Shown one piece after another: positions 47,300-58,779 of a DNA stretch of 64,000 nucleotides. Position 1 is the first letter of the stretch. Every line of letters begins with the position of its first letter. The stretch covers positions 2,790,001 to 2,854,000 of the forward strand of contig OX337240.1 of the NCBI GenBank assembly GCA_946965045.2, read 5' to 3'. The notes below the pieces were generated by a model. That model saw nothing but the letters and a program-made list of their open reading frames with translations. It did no database searches and had not been told where the DNA came from. The stretch is from Epithemia pelagica. Lineage: Eukaryota > Protista > Bacillariophyta. The translations under genes and the position numbers were made by a program.

Positions 47300-47803
47300 T
47301 CCAGTACTGGATACACATATCCGCTTGTGTGTTTACCAGATTGGGGAATGGGTAACGGACACTACATAAAGACTGGTGGAAGCAAATGAAAGTAGATCGT
47401 TTCGTCCAACACGATATGGATCGTGCTCTAATGGCGCTCTCCAATTTTGACCATGGATCCAATACCATGGATGATACCGAATCCATGGTACACGTGAAAC
47501 GACGTAATGCAGAACTACACGGAACAACAATCCGACTGCAGATCCGCTTGTGCTTGGCCAGATTGGGGGATGCAGAGCCAACACTCTACAGCATTGTATA
47601 TAGGAAATCGTTCTAGGATCGTCCAACGATAGGAATCGTGCTCCTCCCATGGTCATCAAAAACAAGGAGAAGAACATACCGGTGGCTCTCCAAGTTAAAA
47701 TCGTGTCCTGAATTAGAAATACAAACTACATGCAATTGTTGTTACAGAAATCCATACATGGAGCCTTTTTGGGTGGTGTACCGTCGATTGGGGTTATTCT
47801 TTT

Positions 47804-49279
47804 TTAACGCATGGTTCGACCATCCGTAGGGGGGTGACGAAACGGTGCGTTTTCGTGTGGACCAGCCGCCGCCACTTCTTGATCGACAAAGTACGTCGAC
47901 GACGACGACAAGAGTGCTTGTCGTTCGTCGGGTTCTTTGCGAGTGGACACTTCTTGTGATTGTTCTTGTTGTGATTGTGGCACGTAGTATTGTTTGACGA
48001 GGGCCACAATAAGCATGTATCCCAAAATGAGGGCCGTCCCGGCCAAACTCCAGACTTGAAGGGGTTCGTGCAGCAAGGTCAATTCAAACAAGTACGTCCA
48101 AACAATTTGCGTCGATGTGGCCAAGGTAGCCTTGGCGGCTGTTTCGTGTTGCAAGCCCAAATTGGTACACCATTGACCGCCATAGCCGGCCAGGCCTATG
48201 AGCATCAGACAAGTCCATTGCCACGGGGAAAAGGAGGACGAACCGGGTGGTGACTGCCACACCCGCCAGGTTCCTTCCCACAGGTAGGATCCCAACACAG
48301 TCAGGGGCAAACTCATGGCGCCATAATACAAGACCATGACAGTCGCCGAGGCGCGATGACCAATTTTGCGCACCGTAACATAGGCCATGCCCGCCAAGGC
48401 GGCACCCCCGGTACATACCAAGACGGCCACGGTTTGCAACCACACGGCGGTCGTGTCCTTTTCGCCGTCCTGGTCCGTAGTCGTCGTACTCGTTTCGGTG
48501 GATCCAAACAGGACCGTGGGATGGGCAATGAGCACAACGCCGGCCAAACAGACGACGGCCCCCACTTGATCGAGAGGGAGCCAGGGTTCGCCGACCATGC
48601 AGACGGCAATGACGGCGACAAAGGGTGGCACCGTAAATTGCAACGTGACGGCATCGGGCAAGGGCAAGAGTTGAATGCCAAAGAAAAAGGCACAGACGGC
48701 CGCCGCACCCGACAGACCCCGCCACATCAACCAACCACGAACCGAAGCGGCACCCAGAAAAAAGTCCATCATGCTAATGTTGTTCTGCTGGTCTTGCTCG
48801 TTGGGGTGTGGTGGTGGCGGTGCTTGTTCCAGGTCAAGGGCCGTGTGGCTCCGTCTTGTGGCTGGTCGTTGTGGTCGTGTGTGCCAGGCATGCCAGAGTG
48901 TGACGAGGGACAAGGCAATTTGGATCCAGGATCGATACCAAACCAAGGTAAAGGTATTGGTATGATTCATGAGTTTGACGAGCAAAAACATGACACTAAA
49001 GGAAAAGGCCCCCAGCATAATGTACACCATGCCCCAAATACTGCTACTCGTGTTGGTGTTGGTGTTTGTTGGTGTCGTATCATGAGTGGCGGTGGTGGTG
49101 GCCTCCTCTTCCTCGTTGTGGTCGTCGTTCGGTTGTAGTGAGAGTGGTGGCGGTGACTCTGTGGCCTTTGTCTGGTGATGATGCTTTTGGAATGGACTAA
49201 ACGAAAGGCAAACGGGCAAGAAGAAACACGTGAGCAAGATGAAACAAACGATGAACCTCGGCCGATGGTGCACAACAGC

Positions 49280-49313
<34 letters not shown>

Positions 49314-49513
49314 CGAACGTACCTCCACCAACTGGACGTTGTGGTTGTGGACGTAGTGGTCGTGGTCGTCCACGCCGAACCAACATCTCCACTGTCGTGA
49401 CTGTCATTCCGACTCACATCTGGAATCAAGCTGGTACTTCCATAATTGTGGTTGTTGTTATTGGAAGTAGACTTGTGGTTGGTTCCTGGATGATTCTTGT
49501 TGTACGGCACCAT
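47804..49513 (-). CDS. EamA/DMT (SLC35G-like) transporter, probable intron 49197-49322
   Basis: GAFSFSVMFLLVK, RGLSGAAAVCAFFFGIQLLPLPDAVTLQFTVPPF, YVTVRKIG, AGYGGQWCTNLGLQHETAAKAT; two EamA halves. Confidence 0.9.
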
Positions 49514-50054
49514 GGCTTTGTTTGTTTGGTTGGATTTGACGTCGAATGGAACCAAACAATAAAAGGACGAACGAGAGGAGATTGATCCTTGTCGGTCGGG
49601 TAATTGAGATGCGTTCGGGTTTGAAGATTGGTGGTTTGTGACACACAACAACTCGATCGATCGAATCAACAACAGGCAGCAAGAGATCCTCGTATCTTTT
49701 TTGTGTGTTCTCATTCGAGGTCCTGGTCATTGTTCCTTGTGGGGGGCGGGCCGTGCCTCGTCTCGATCCGACGACCGACGACATTCTTTGTGGGGGATGA
49801 ATGCGAAGCCTTCTGTTCTGGTTTCTCGCAGATGGCGGGTTTTTGAGTCACGCAATGAATGTGCGACTCCAAAACTACCGCAACTACCACACACCACTGT
49901 TTCGATCGAGGATATCCATCAGATGGGAATGGATCGTGAGTCGAACCTCCCAATCCCAAACGCACAAACGCAAGTAGAGAGAGGAGGAGGGTGCAATATG
50001 GCTGGATATTCGTTTCTCGTCGTTGGGAGAGGTGTCTTTGGAATCGGCCCGGTA

Positions 50055-50837
50055 TGTTACAATTCTTTCTGAATCGTAGGGACATTAATGCTCGGTAGAG
50101 CAGACAATCAGGTAGGTCACCAACCGATACAAGCTTCTCAGGGTCAGAGAAGCAAGCAAGTCGTAGTCTATCAAAAGGATAGTCGGGACACAAAAGAAGA
50201 TGTGATAAATGGTGATATTGTTAGATTGTGTGTTGATTACTACGATAGGTCTACGTGAAATGTTCGGTCCTGCCAAGGGTCATGTGTCATAGGTTCTTGG
50301 CGGCAACAGGTTTGGAATAGTTGGAGTCAATTCATGTGATGTATATGACATGTATATGTGGACGGATAACATATACAGGGTCAACAGCTCTTGCTTTGGG
50401 TTGGCATAGTTGTTTTCATGGCGCGCAGCTTGTTGACAATTTGGAGATTGTGGGAATGGAAATATGGTCTCGCGTGATCGTGTGTCGTGCTTGGGATACT
50501 TAGACCGTTGGGTCGGATAGATGCCGACAGCGCTCGGATGTCGCTTGGGCGCGCTCAATGATTTCGGGCGCGTACGCTTAGGGCGTTAGTATAATGTCCG
50601 AGCAACGGCCAAATTTACGTCCGTTGTAATACCGCACGACCCAGTTTAGTCTTGAGAGTGAGTTTGTCAATCTATTCTCACTTTTCATGATTTGCGAAGA
50701 AATATAGGTCGATATAGCGCGAAGCTAGGGAACATAGCTCGAAGCTAGATGGCATGATGCGATAGCACGAGGCTATGTGACATGGGGAATCGATGAGATG
50801 TAGAATCTAACCACCATAGACGGTGAGAATTCTAACA
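50055..50837 (-). repeat. 3' LTR (783 bp)
   Basis: Matches 57614-58396 with three substitutions found by eye. Confidence 0.97.
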
Positions 50838-53800
50838 CTCCCCACAACTCGTCGTTTCAGCCTTGTCATCATTGGATTTGTTGAATGGCTTGAGCATGGG
50901 CCAAATAGATACGAAATCCCAATGTTTGCTAAGGATATCGGCAGGGTTGGTCTTTCCATCTTTCCAGTAGAATGCAACATACTTTGCTGCGATGGCTTCA
51001 CGAACTCGGTGGTATGACAGGAGATGGTGTCTCTTGGATAGTATGGAATGAGGAACGGTTGCATTGAGCACAACAGATCTGTTATCTCCGTACATGTAAC
51101 TTCGCTCTCGGATAGGTACTCCAAGGTAGCGGAGAGAATGTCGTAATTCTGTAATCTGATCTATTGCTGTCCTTGCAGCCACAAACTCGGATCCATAGGT
51201 AGCAGTTTCCACCGTGCTCTGTCTCTTGCTGTACCAGTCAATAGGTGTTCCGTTCAACAAATGTAGAACAGCAGTGACGGATTTACCAGTGACTATGTCA
51301 TGCATGAGATTGGCATCAACATAATGAGTTGTGGTAACATAGCAGCCAAGAGGTGTTGGGCAGTCTTCAGGAATACGTTCACTTGCATTCGAATAGACAG
51401 TGCGAGTCCAATCAAATTCTTGGGTAGGAAGACTTGAATAATCAGGCTCTCCAATCCTAAATCTGATTGCGCCTTCTGGGAGATGTGCAAGGTATCCATA
51501 GATACGCTTGGCTCTATCAAGATGTCCTTTCCTCGGAGCAGCACGAAAGCGTGATAGCGTCATTGTAGCGGTGAAGACGTCGAAACGACCAATAGTGATC
51601 ACCCATTGGAGTTGTCCAATCAGAGTTTGGAAATGGCTAGTACCTTCTTCATCAAGGAGCTCAAATCATCCAATTCAGGATGGTCTCCACCAATAAGAGG
51701 TGTTTTGGCTTTCTTGGGTTTCTCCTTGAAGATTCGTTCGAAAGTGTCCATCATCTTACCAATGTAGCGTCTTGGATCTGCTACTAATGTTCCATCAGAA
51801 TCCTTGGTGTAACAACATCCCAAGTGGAAATCAATAGGTCCATCTCCTTTGAGTTTGAAGTTGTATTTCTCCTTCAGGATCTTGCAGATATTCCCAGGAT
51901 CAGTAGAAATAATGGCTAAGTCATCAACGTATACGGCAATGTATTCGTAACAGTCTTCTCCAGGTGCTTTCCTTATCCAGATATCCGGATCTGCTTTGCT
52001 TGGTGAAAATCCCATGTCTGTCAAAACATCGAATAAGACATCATGCCAGCGTGCGCCTGATGACTTCAATCCATAAAGTGCCTTGTATATAATCAGGATG
52101 TGACCTTCTAATTCCTTGAATTCAGGTCCTGGGACAATGAAAATTTTCTCCCCTGTCAAGGCTTCCAGGTATGCATTTCCAATATCTGCTCCCCATATTT
52201 CCAAGTCATTCAAAGTACCCAGGAATAAGGCAATGCGGAGGTTGCGAATGGAAACAACACCTGAATAGATTGTCTCAACAGGTTCTTTTGTGAGATGTCC
52301 ATCTGTAACAAGTCTTGCTCTATGTCGTCCATCATGTTTTACGTCAAAGACAAGATGTACACGTATCTTATGATATCCTTCAGGTGCATTGGATACTTTC
52401 CCTTTTATGAAGATGGCTTTCCCAAAATCCTTGAATGTCTTGTAGGACTGGATCTGTGACAATTCTAATTCTGTTGCATCCTGCCACTTTGTGTTGCCAT
52501 GTTGTTTATCAAGAGCGACAGCTTCCTCATAATTGCGTGGTACTTGCAATCCAAACTTATACTTGACGGAATGGTGAACTTGTTTAATCCTTGACTGTTT
52601 GGCTGCTCGAATGAGACGTTTGCTTGTTTTGACATAACGTTTCAAATGCTTCCATCCAGGTTCGTTGAGTAAACCATGTTTCTTTCCATAAATTGCTACA
52701 GTGATCGGATCATCATTGGCGATGAGTGATAAAGGTTCATAGGTAGTCTCCCCAGTTTCCCAATCAACAAGCAAATTATATTTGCTCCCCTTGTAATCTG
52801 GATCAGTTGTGTTCAGTGGGCCTTGATGGGCAATGACGTCCCTGAACCTGAAAGGATTATCTCCAGAGGTTTGAGCTTGGTTATCTCGTTCGATATACTC
52901 CATGAGTTGATTATAGGATATCATCTCATCAACATCAGAATTTGTCTTTCGGTAGATGTACTTGACACGTTCTTCCTGTTTCGTTGCTTCTTCATTAAGA
53001 TCAATGACTTGTTTGATGACACGTGCACGGTGTCGCTCCCCATTTTCTTCTGTGTCGCATAGGAATGTGCGTCCTATCATGTCGTCAAAATCGATCGTGG
53101 GCATTGGTTTGGATGGATCTTCACTATCACTGCGAATGAAGACAGTGTCAGCTTGCTTATCATTGTCATCCTTCTCAGACGAATCCTCCCCTGAAGGTCG
53201 ATCCACACGTAGGTTAGGTGTAGTGGATTCAACACGGCGAACGGCAGAACGGTAGATTATCTGGTTATCCTGGGTGAGAATCTTCCAAGTAAAAGAATCA
53301 CCAACGTTGTGAGCAAAACCAACCCAGTGGCCAAGTTTCTCATCAGAAGAAGATGGATATGAACCGGAATTGGGTTCAGCGGGGTCGACACGGTAGTAAA
53401 CCTCATCCCAGAAAGGAAAGAACAAGAGATGAGTAATGTCGGGTGGGCGTCCGGAGAGAGCCTCAAGAGGAGTGCGACCGGAATGGGTGGGTGATGATGT
53501 ATGGTTCAATAAGTCACAGACATACTCAAGGCAAAGAAGCCAGGTGTTGGCAGGGCAACCAGTGGCATTCATGAGAGCGTTGGTCATACGTTTGACGGTC
53601 TGGTAACGGTTTTCAGCCTTATTCTGGTGTTGATGATAAGGTTCGGATCGATACTCCCCAATAAGCAAAGTGCAAAGAATGTCTTTGACCTTTTGAGAGA
53701 TGAGAGATGAACCACCATCACTGATAAGAGTCTCCATGGCACCACGAAACCGGATGTTGTCCTGAAGAGTATTGACAAACTGTTTGGTTGACTTGATCCC

Positions 53801-56488
53801 ATAGATATCAGTAACCAGAGTATCTCGACCAACAAAGATTTGTGCGACTTTACCGCCATGGTCGACAGCAGGGGTGTCGGAGAAAACCGAGTCAGTAGCA
53901 ACGGGTTCATGACGTCGAGGTATATTAAGGACCGGATTGCGAGCCTTGAAATGTTTCTTGAGGGTGTCGTGGTCAAAAGTAATGCTACCATTACGTGTAG
54001 TGTGCTTGAACGTATCGGCAATAACATCTTCAGATTGCCAACCAAAGAATGGACGGAACTTCTTCCAGTCAAACGCTTCCTGGTAACGACGGTGGACAGA
54101 GGCATGAAGTGTAGGATCATTACCTTCTGCGTCAGCATAGATAGAAAAGAAGGGTGCGTTGTCAGGTCCATGATCGTATGGGAGATCCAAAAGGAGATTG
54201 AGGTTACAAACAACACAATCAGTGTACTCCCCATAGTTGTCATATGGATGGTTCGACATACTACCATCAGTCTTGACGTGTTTCCAATCAGGATCATTGT
54301 CAGAGGGTGTGGGAGAATACGAATGGTCCAGAACACCAGGATCCCATGTGTCGGGTGACGTGAAGATGATCTGAGGTAAGGTATTCATGTCATCGTCGCT
54401 GGGGATACCCAAGGAGTGGATGTAGGCTAACCCATCCTTGATGTGAAGGGGTATAGCACGACCATCAAGTGTAGTGATGCGTTGTTTACCATCAACTTTA
54501 ACAGATCGTTCATCAACAGCAAGTCCGAAATGCTCGAATTGACCAGGAGCATGGATAGATAAGCCCTTTCCATAATAAGCATATTCATTGAAGATGCCGA
54601 CAATAGGTCCATCATTGATCTCAAACTTTGCGGCACATGTGACGACAGGAAGTCCAGTAAGTTCATGGTTATCAATACCCACAATAGTGATATGGCGGCC
54701 AGTCTTAGAAAGGATGCGCATGTCAGAACCAGCAAGTCCTCCTTTAGCACCACGGTCAATCAATTGATTTCCTGGTAAAGTAGATTTCCTGGAAAACAAA
54801 TAGCGTGGAACATGTCCTGCTTGTTTATGCATGTTGGCTTTGAAAGTAACCTTCTTGCTCGTCTTGGACTTGGCGTTAGAAAGAACACTAGTCAGGTTAG
54901 TTGCCGGGTGATTGATATCAGTCGTCATGGCTTGGTTGATAAATTGTGTAACCGGATCTGAATCATCTGGATGCTCAGGGACTACGCCAGGTGAGTCGTC
55001 ATCAGATGCAACTTGGTTGGGGTCAGGATCAGGTTCCGGATCAATGTCGAGGGCATGTGTTTGCACTTTCCTCGGTGTTGTTGATGAAGGTGCTTGAATC
55101 ATCTTGTTATACTCAATGATCAACTTGCGATCTTCTTCAGAAAGTTTGAACCATAGGTCACGCGGTAGACTAACCTTGGACAAAGAGGATGGAGATTCAG
55201 ATGTCGCTTTGGTGTTGTGGACATGATACTCCATATCATCTTGTGAGGTTATGTCAGCATCTGTATCTTGGCCATATAGTGATTCATGTTGTTTGACATG
55301 TCGACGGCGACTATGAACAGATGACTGGGTTGCTTGATCATGGTCATAAGCTGCGTCTAGAAGGAGACGGAAGTATGATTGATAGCAAAGGGATTTTGCA
55401 CCGGATTTGGTGTTCACCACATTATCCAAGATCTTGACTCGGCGGAGATCAGGTACCTTTTCTACAGCTTGCATGAGGAAGGTCATCCTGGTATGATCAG
55501 GGATGCGATCAAACAATGTCACTAGATTGTCTAGCAAACGTAACTGCTCTTGAAAGTGTAGAAGAAATTGACGTGTTGTTCCGTGCCATGTGTCGTCAAG
55601 ACGTAGATTGGAAATGTAGTTGGTTAAACGGAGGACTTCTCGTTTTGCTAGGTCGGATTCGGTATGCAAAGAGTGTAACTTCTGCAATACGGCACGCGCA
55701 TCTTCATCATGTTCATGTTCACGTACATAGGCTCGACCTTGGTCAGTCTGAATGATACGGACAAGAACGGAGTAAAGAAATACTTGTTGCTCTTGAAAAA
55801 GTTCTTCGGCATACTCATCATCATGGGGTGGTGTGTATTTGAAATTCAGAACGTTGGATAGGCCTTGAGCCTTAGCTGTAGTCTTGAATACACGCCAGAA
55901 TGAATCGTAGTATCGTTCATCCTTGAATACCTCATATGCAGTTGCGTCGCGCTTAGTTCCCTTTCTGAATGCTGTAAGGTCTTGTTGAGATTGGGATGCG
56001 GCAGTAACTGTGCTGACAGATTTCACAGATGACGGTGACTTCATTGGCAAGACTGGAACTTGGCTAGGTGGTCCCTTAGAGAAATCTGTGTTGATCCTCC
56101 AAGTGTTGAACTCTTTCCTCGTTAGGTTCATCCAGTCGCTATTGGATAGCTCGTCTTGAATTTCATTGGTCTTGTATATGGCCCAATAAGCCAAGAGCTT
56201 GATCTGCTGTCTTGTGGGGCCTTGGAGATCATGTGTCTGTTTGTTGACCTTGTATTGTGTCAGTTCGTTCATGGATTCCTCGGTATTAGTTTGCATATAC
56301 GAGATAACATGGCTAATGTTCTCAAAACCATGGTATTTCATCCACTTCATTAAGTAGTCGGCCCTTTCTTTGGTAAAGAATTGGCAGACAGTAAATATGA
56401 TGTGGTCGAATAGGTCTGTGTTCGAGACATTGTCTTGGTTATCTTCTCCCTTAGGAGTCGTAGGTGTCTTGGGTGATTGAGGATCCAT
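50832..56488 (-). CDS. Copia gag-pol polyprotein with one frameshift at ~51664 (RT/RNase H)
   Basis: PR LIDRGAKGG; IN VATDSVF...ISDGG...AE; RT IRVHLVFDVKHDGRHRARLV, GADIGNAYL, KALYGLK, YVDDL; RH YVDANL, TYGSEF, GDNRSV, NPADILSK. GAT TTG AGC vs expected GAT TCT GAG suggests a 1-nt deletion. Confidence 0.93.
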
Positions 56489-56797
56489 GGTGTTATTTGG
56501 TTGGTTCGATGTTTATTTAATATGCGGTGTGATGTGGTTTATTTAATGTGTGATGTGATGTCCACCCGGATGTACCACGTGTACCACGTATGTGATACCC
56601 GGATGTGTGTTGTGATGTGCGACTCCTGGAAATTTCCGTTGATTCCGACAAATTTTCGCCGAGTTTCAACAAATTTTCGCCGAATTTTCGCGATTTGACG
56701 GGAATGTGTGGCGTGTTGTGCGACCAAGGGTACCCGGATGTGCGTTGAGTTTAAGTCTTGGAAAGGTTTTGAGAGGACGGGAGTTAACTATGAGTAA

Positions 56798-57577
56798 TTA
56801 AGCTTCGGTCTCCGAATCCCCACTCTCTTCCGAATGATCAGAGTCGTTTCCAGGCTCAGATGGGGCAGCACAAGCAACAGAAGAAGGGGTATCACCTTCA
56901 GCCAAGTGGTTCTCGACCTCGGTACGCAAAGGGAAGATAGTTGCACGATGGTCCTCGATGGTATGGACCTCGTGGATGTAGGCAACGTAGTTATCTAGGC
57001 GTACAACGTAAGGAGGCAGAGGGCAAGTCGTAGCATTCATGACGTAGATGGTATTGTAGTATCCAGTTGGGCGCTCGAAGGTTAGGAAGCGGAGGTGGAC
57101 AGTACGGATGGGGTTGCCCGAGAGGGCGGCCAAGATGAGGCGACGCCTCGGAGAACGATGAAGTTGGTCGTTCAGACAGTCAATGTCTTCTTGGTCGACG
57201 ATGTGGGTCACCGATTGGAACTGGCGTTCGATCTGGGTCTCCCCACGGATGATCTCGGGATCGAAGGTCGAACAAGTTGGTTGACGGAAGTACTTGATAT
57301 GATCAGCAATCAACCGGGTGGTACGACGGGATCGAGAAGGGACGAGCCGACAAGGCGGACTCGGGGGCCGAGGCAACGGTGCAGGGATCGGAGCGTGAGG
57401 CTGGGTTGGAGTCTCGAATGGGTTGCTGTTGGAACTGTCGACGGAGATGTTCACCGATGTGTTGGCTGCCTTTGGCGTCGGCACCAGTTCCTGCTGCACC
57501 AGGGTATCGGGCTGCCCGGGATGCAGGTTGGCTCGATAGATCTGTCGTACAGGAGTGATAAGCTCGTTAGTATCCAT
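56798..57577 (-). CDS. Extra upstream ORF inside the Copia element, 259 aa, unknown function
   Basis: ATG 36 nt downstream of the 5' LTR, same strand as gag-pol, Pro-rich N-half and acidic C-end, separated from gag by a 309-nt spacer. Confidence 0.7.
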   Translation of the reverse strand: MDTNELITPVRQIYRANLHPGQPDTLVQQELVPTPKAANTSVNISVDSSNSNPFETPTQPHAPIPAPLPRPPSPPCRLVPSRSRRTTRLIADHIKYFRQPTCSTFDPEIIRGETQIERQFQSVTHIVDQEDIDCLNDQLHRSPRRRLILAALSGNPIRTVHLRFLTFERPTGYYNTIYVMNATTCPLPPYVVRLDNYVAYIHEVHTIEDHRATIFPLRTEVENHLAEGDTPSSVACAAPSEPGNDSDHSEESGDSETEA

Positions 57578-57613
57578 GAAACCACAAGGAAATAAGCTTT
57601 GAGACTGTTAATC

Positions 57614-58396
57614 TGTTACAATTCTTTCTGAATCGTAGGGACATTGATGCTCGGTAGAGCAGACAATCAGGTAGGTCACCAACCGATACAAGCTTCTCAG
57701 GGTCAGAGAAGCAAGCAAGTCGTAGTCTATCAAAAGGATAGTCGGGACACAAAAGAAGATGTGATAAATGGTGATATTGTTAGATTGTGTGTTGATTACT
57801 ACGATAGGTCTACGTGAAATGTTCGGTCCTGCCAAGGGTCATGTGTCATAGGTTCTTGGCGGCAACAGGTTTGGAATAGTTGGAGTCGATTCATGTGATG
57901 TATATGACATGTATATGTGGACGGATAACATATACAGGGTCAACAGCTCTTGCTTTGGGTTGGCATAGTTGTTTTCATGGCGCGCAGCTTGTTGACAATT
58001 TGGAGATTGTGGGAATGGAAAAATGGTCTCGCGTGATCGTGTGTCGTGCTTGGGATACTTAGACCGTTGGGTCGGATAGATGCCGACAGCGCTCGGATGT
58101 CGCTTGGGCGCGCTCAATGATTTCGGGCGCGTACGCTTAGGGCGTTAGTATAATGTCCGAGCAACGGCCAAATTTACGTCCGTTGTAATACCGCACGACC
58201 CAGTTTAGTCTTGAGAGTGAGTTTGTCAATCTATTCTCACTTTTCATGATTTGCGAAGAAATATAGGTCGATATAGCGCGAAGCTAGGGAACATAGCTCG
58301 AAGCTAGATGGCATGATGCGATAGCACGAGGCTATGTGACATGGGGAATCGATGAGATGTAGAATCTAACCACCATAGACGGTGAGAATTCTAACA
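57614..58396 (-). repeat. 5' LTR (783 bp)
   Basis: See 3' LTR. Confidence 0.97.
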
Positions 58397-58779
58397 CGGT
58401 ATTGTAGGAACTTGGACCAACCATTCCAGCAAAAGCCACTGGACTCACAACAGGACACCAAAAGTACTCTACAGAGCCACAGAGCTAGGCTGCCATGTTG
58501 TAGGAGAGAGAGTGTGCGAGAGAGTATTGGGTGGAAGCGCTGTTGTGGCGGTATAATAGTGGAATCAAACAAACTGTTGTGGCGGTATAATAGTGGAATC
58601 AAACAAACTGTCGATAAAGATTTCTAGTAGAGAGGCATGAACTAGAGAAATGTACAATATACAAGCGAATCGGAGCAGCAAAGAGTCCTTGTTGTTGTTG
58701 TGTGTGGTGGAGTTTCGGACGCGGTGCTCTCGATAGATTTGGAGGTGCGCTCGCTCTTGCAGTGGCCCTTTTTCTTTCC

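Larger units (their letters stand above)
50055..58396 (-). mobile_element. Full-length Copia LTR retrotransposon (8342 bp) with 5-bp TSD CGGTA
   Basis: 783-bp LTRs TGTTAC...CTAACA; CGGTA at 50050-50054 and 58397-58401; PPT GTGGGGAG adjacent to the 3' LTR; gag-PR-IN-RT-RH order. Confidence 0.97.

Noticed and set aside
50085-50558. Short ORFs duplicated at 57608-58117
   Set aside because: They lie within the LTRs; duplication reflects LTR identity.
51640-51680. Programmed ribosomal frameshift
   Set aside because: It falls inside RT/RNase H rather than at gag/pol, has no slippery heptamer, and a 1-nt deletion explains it.
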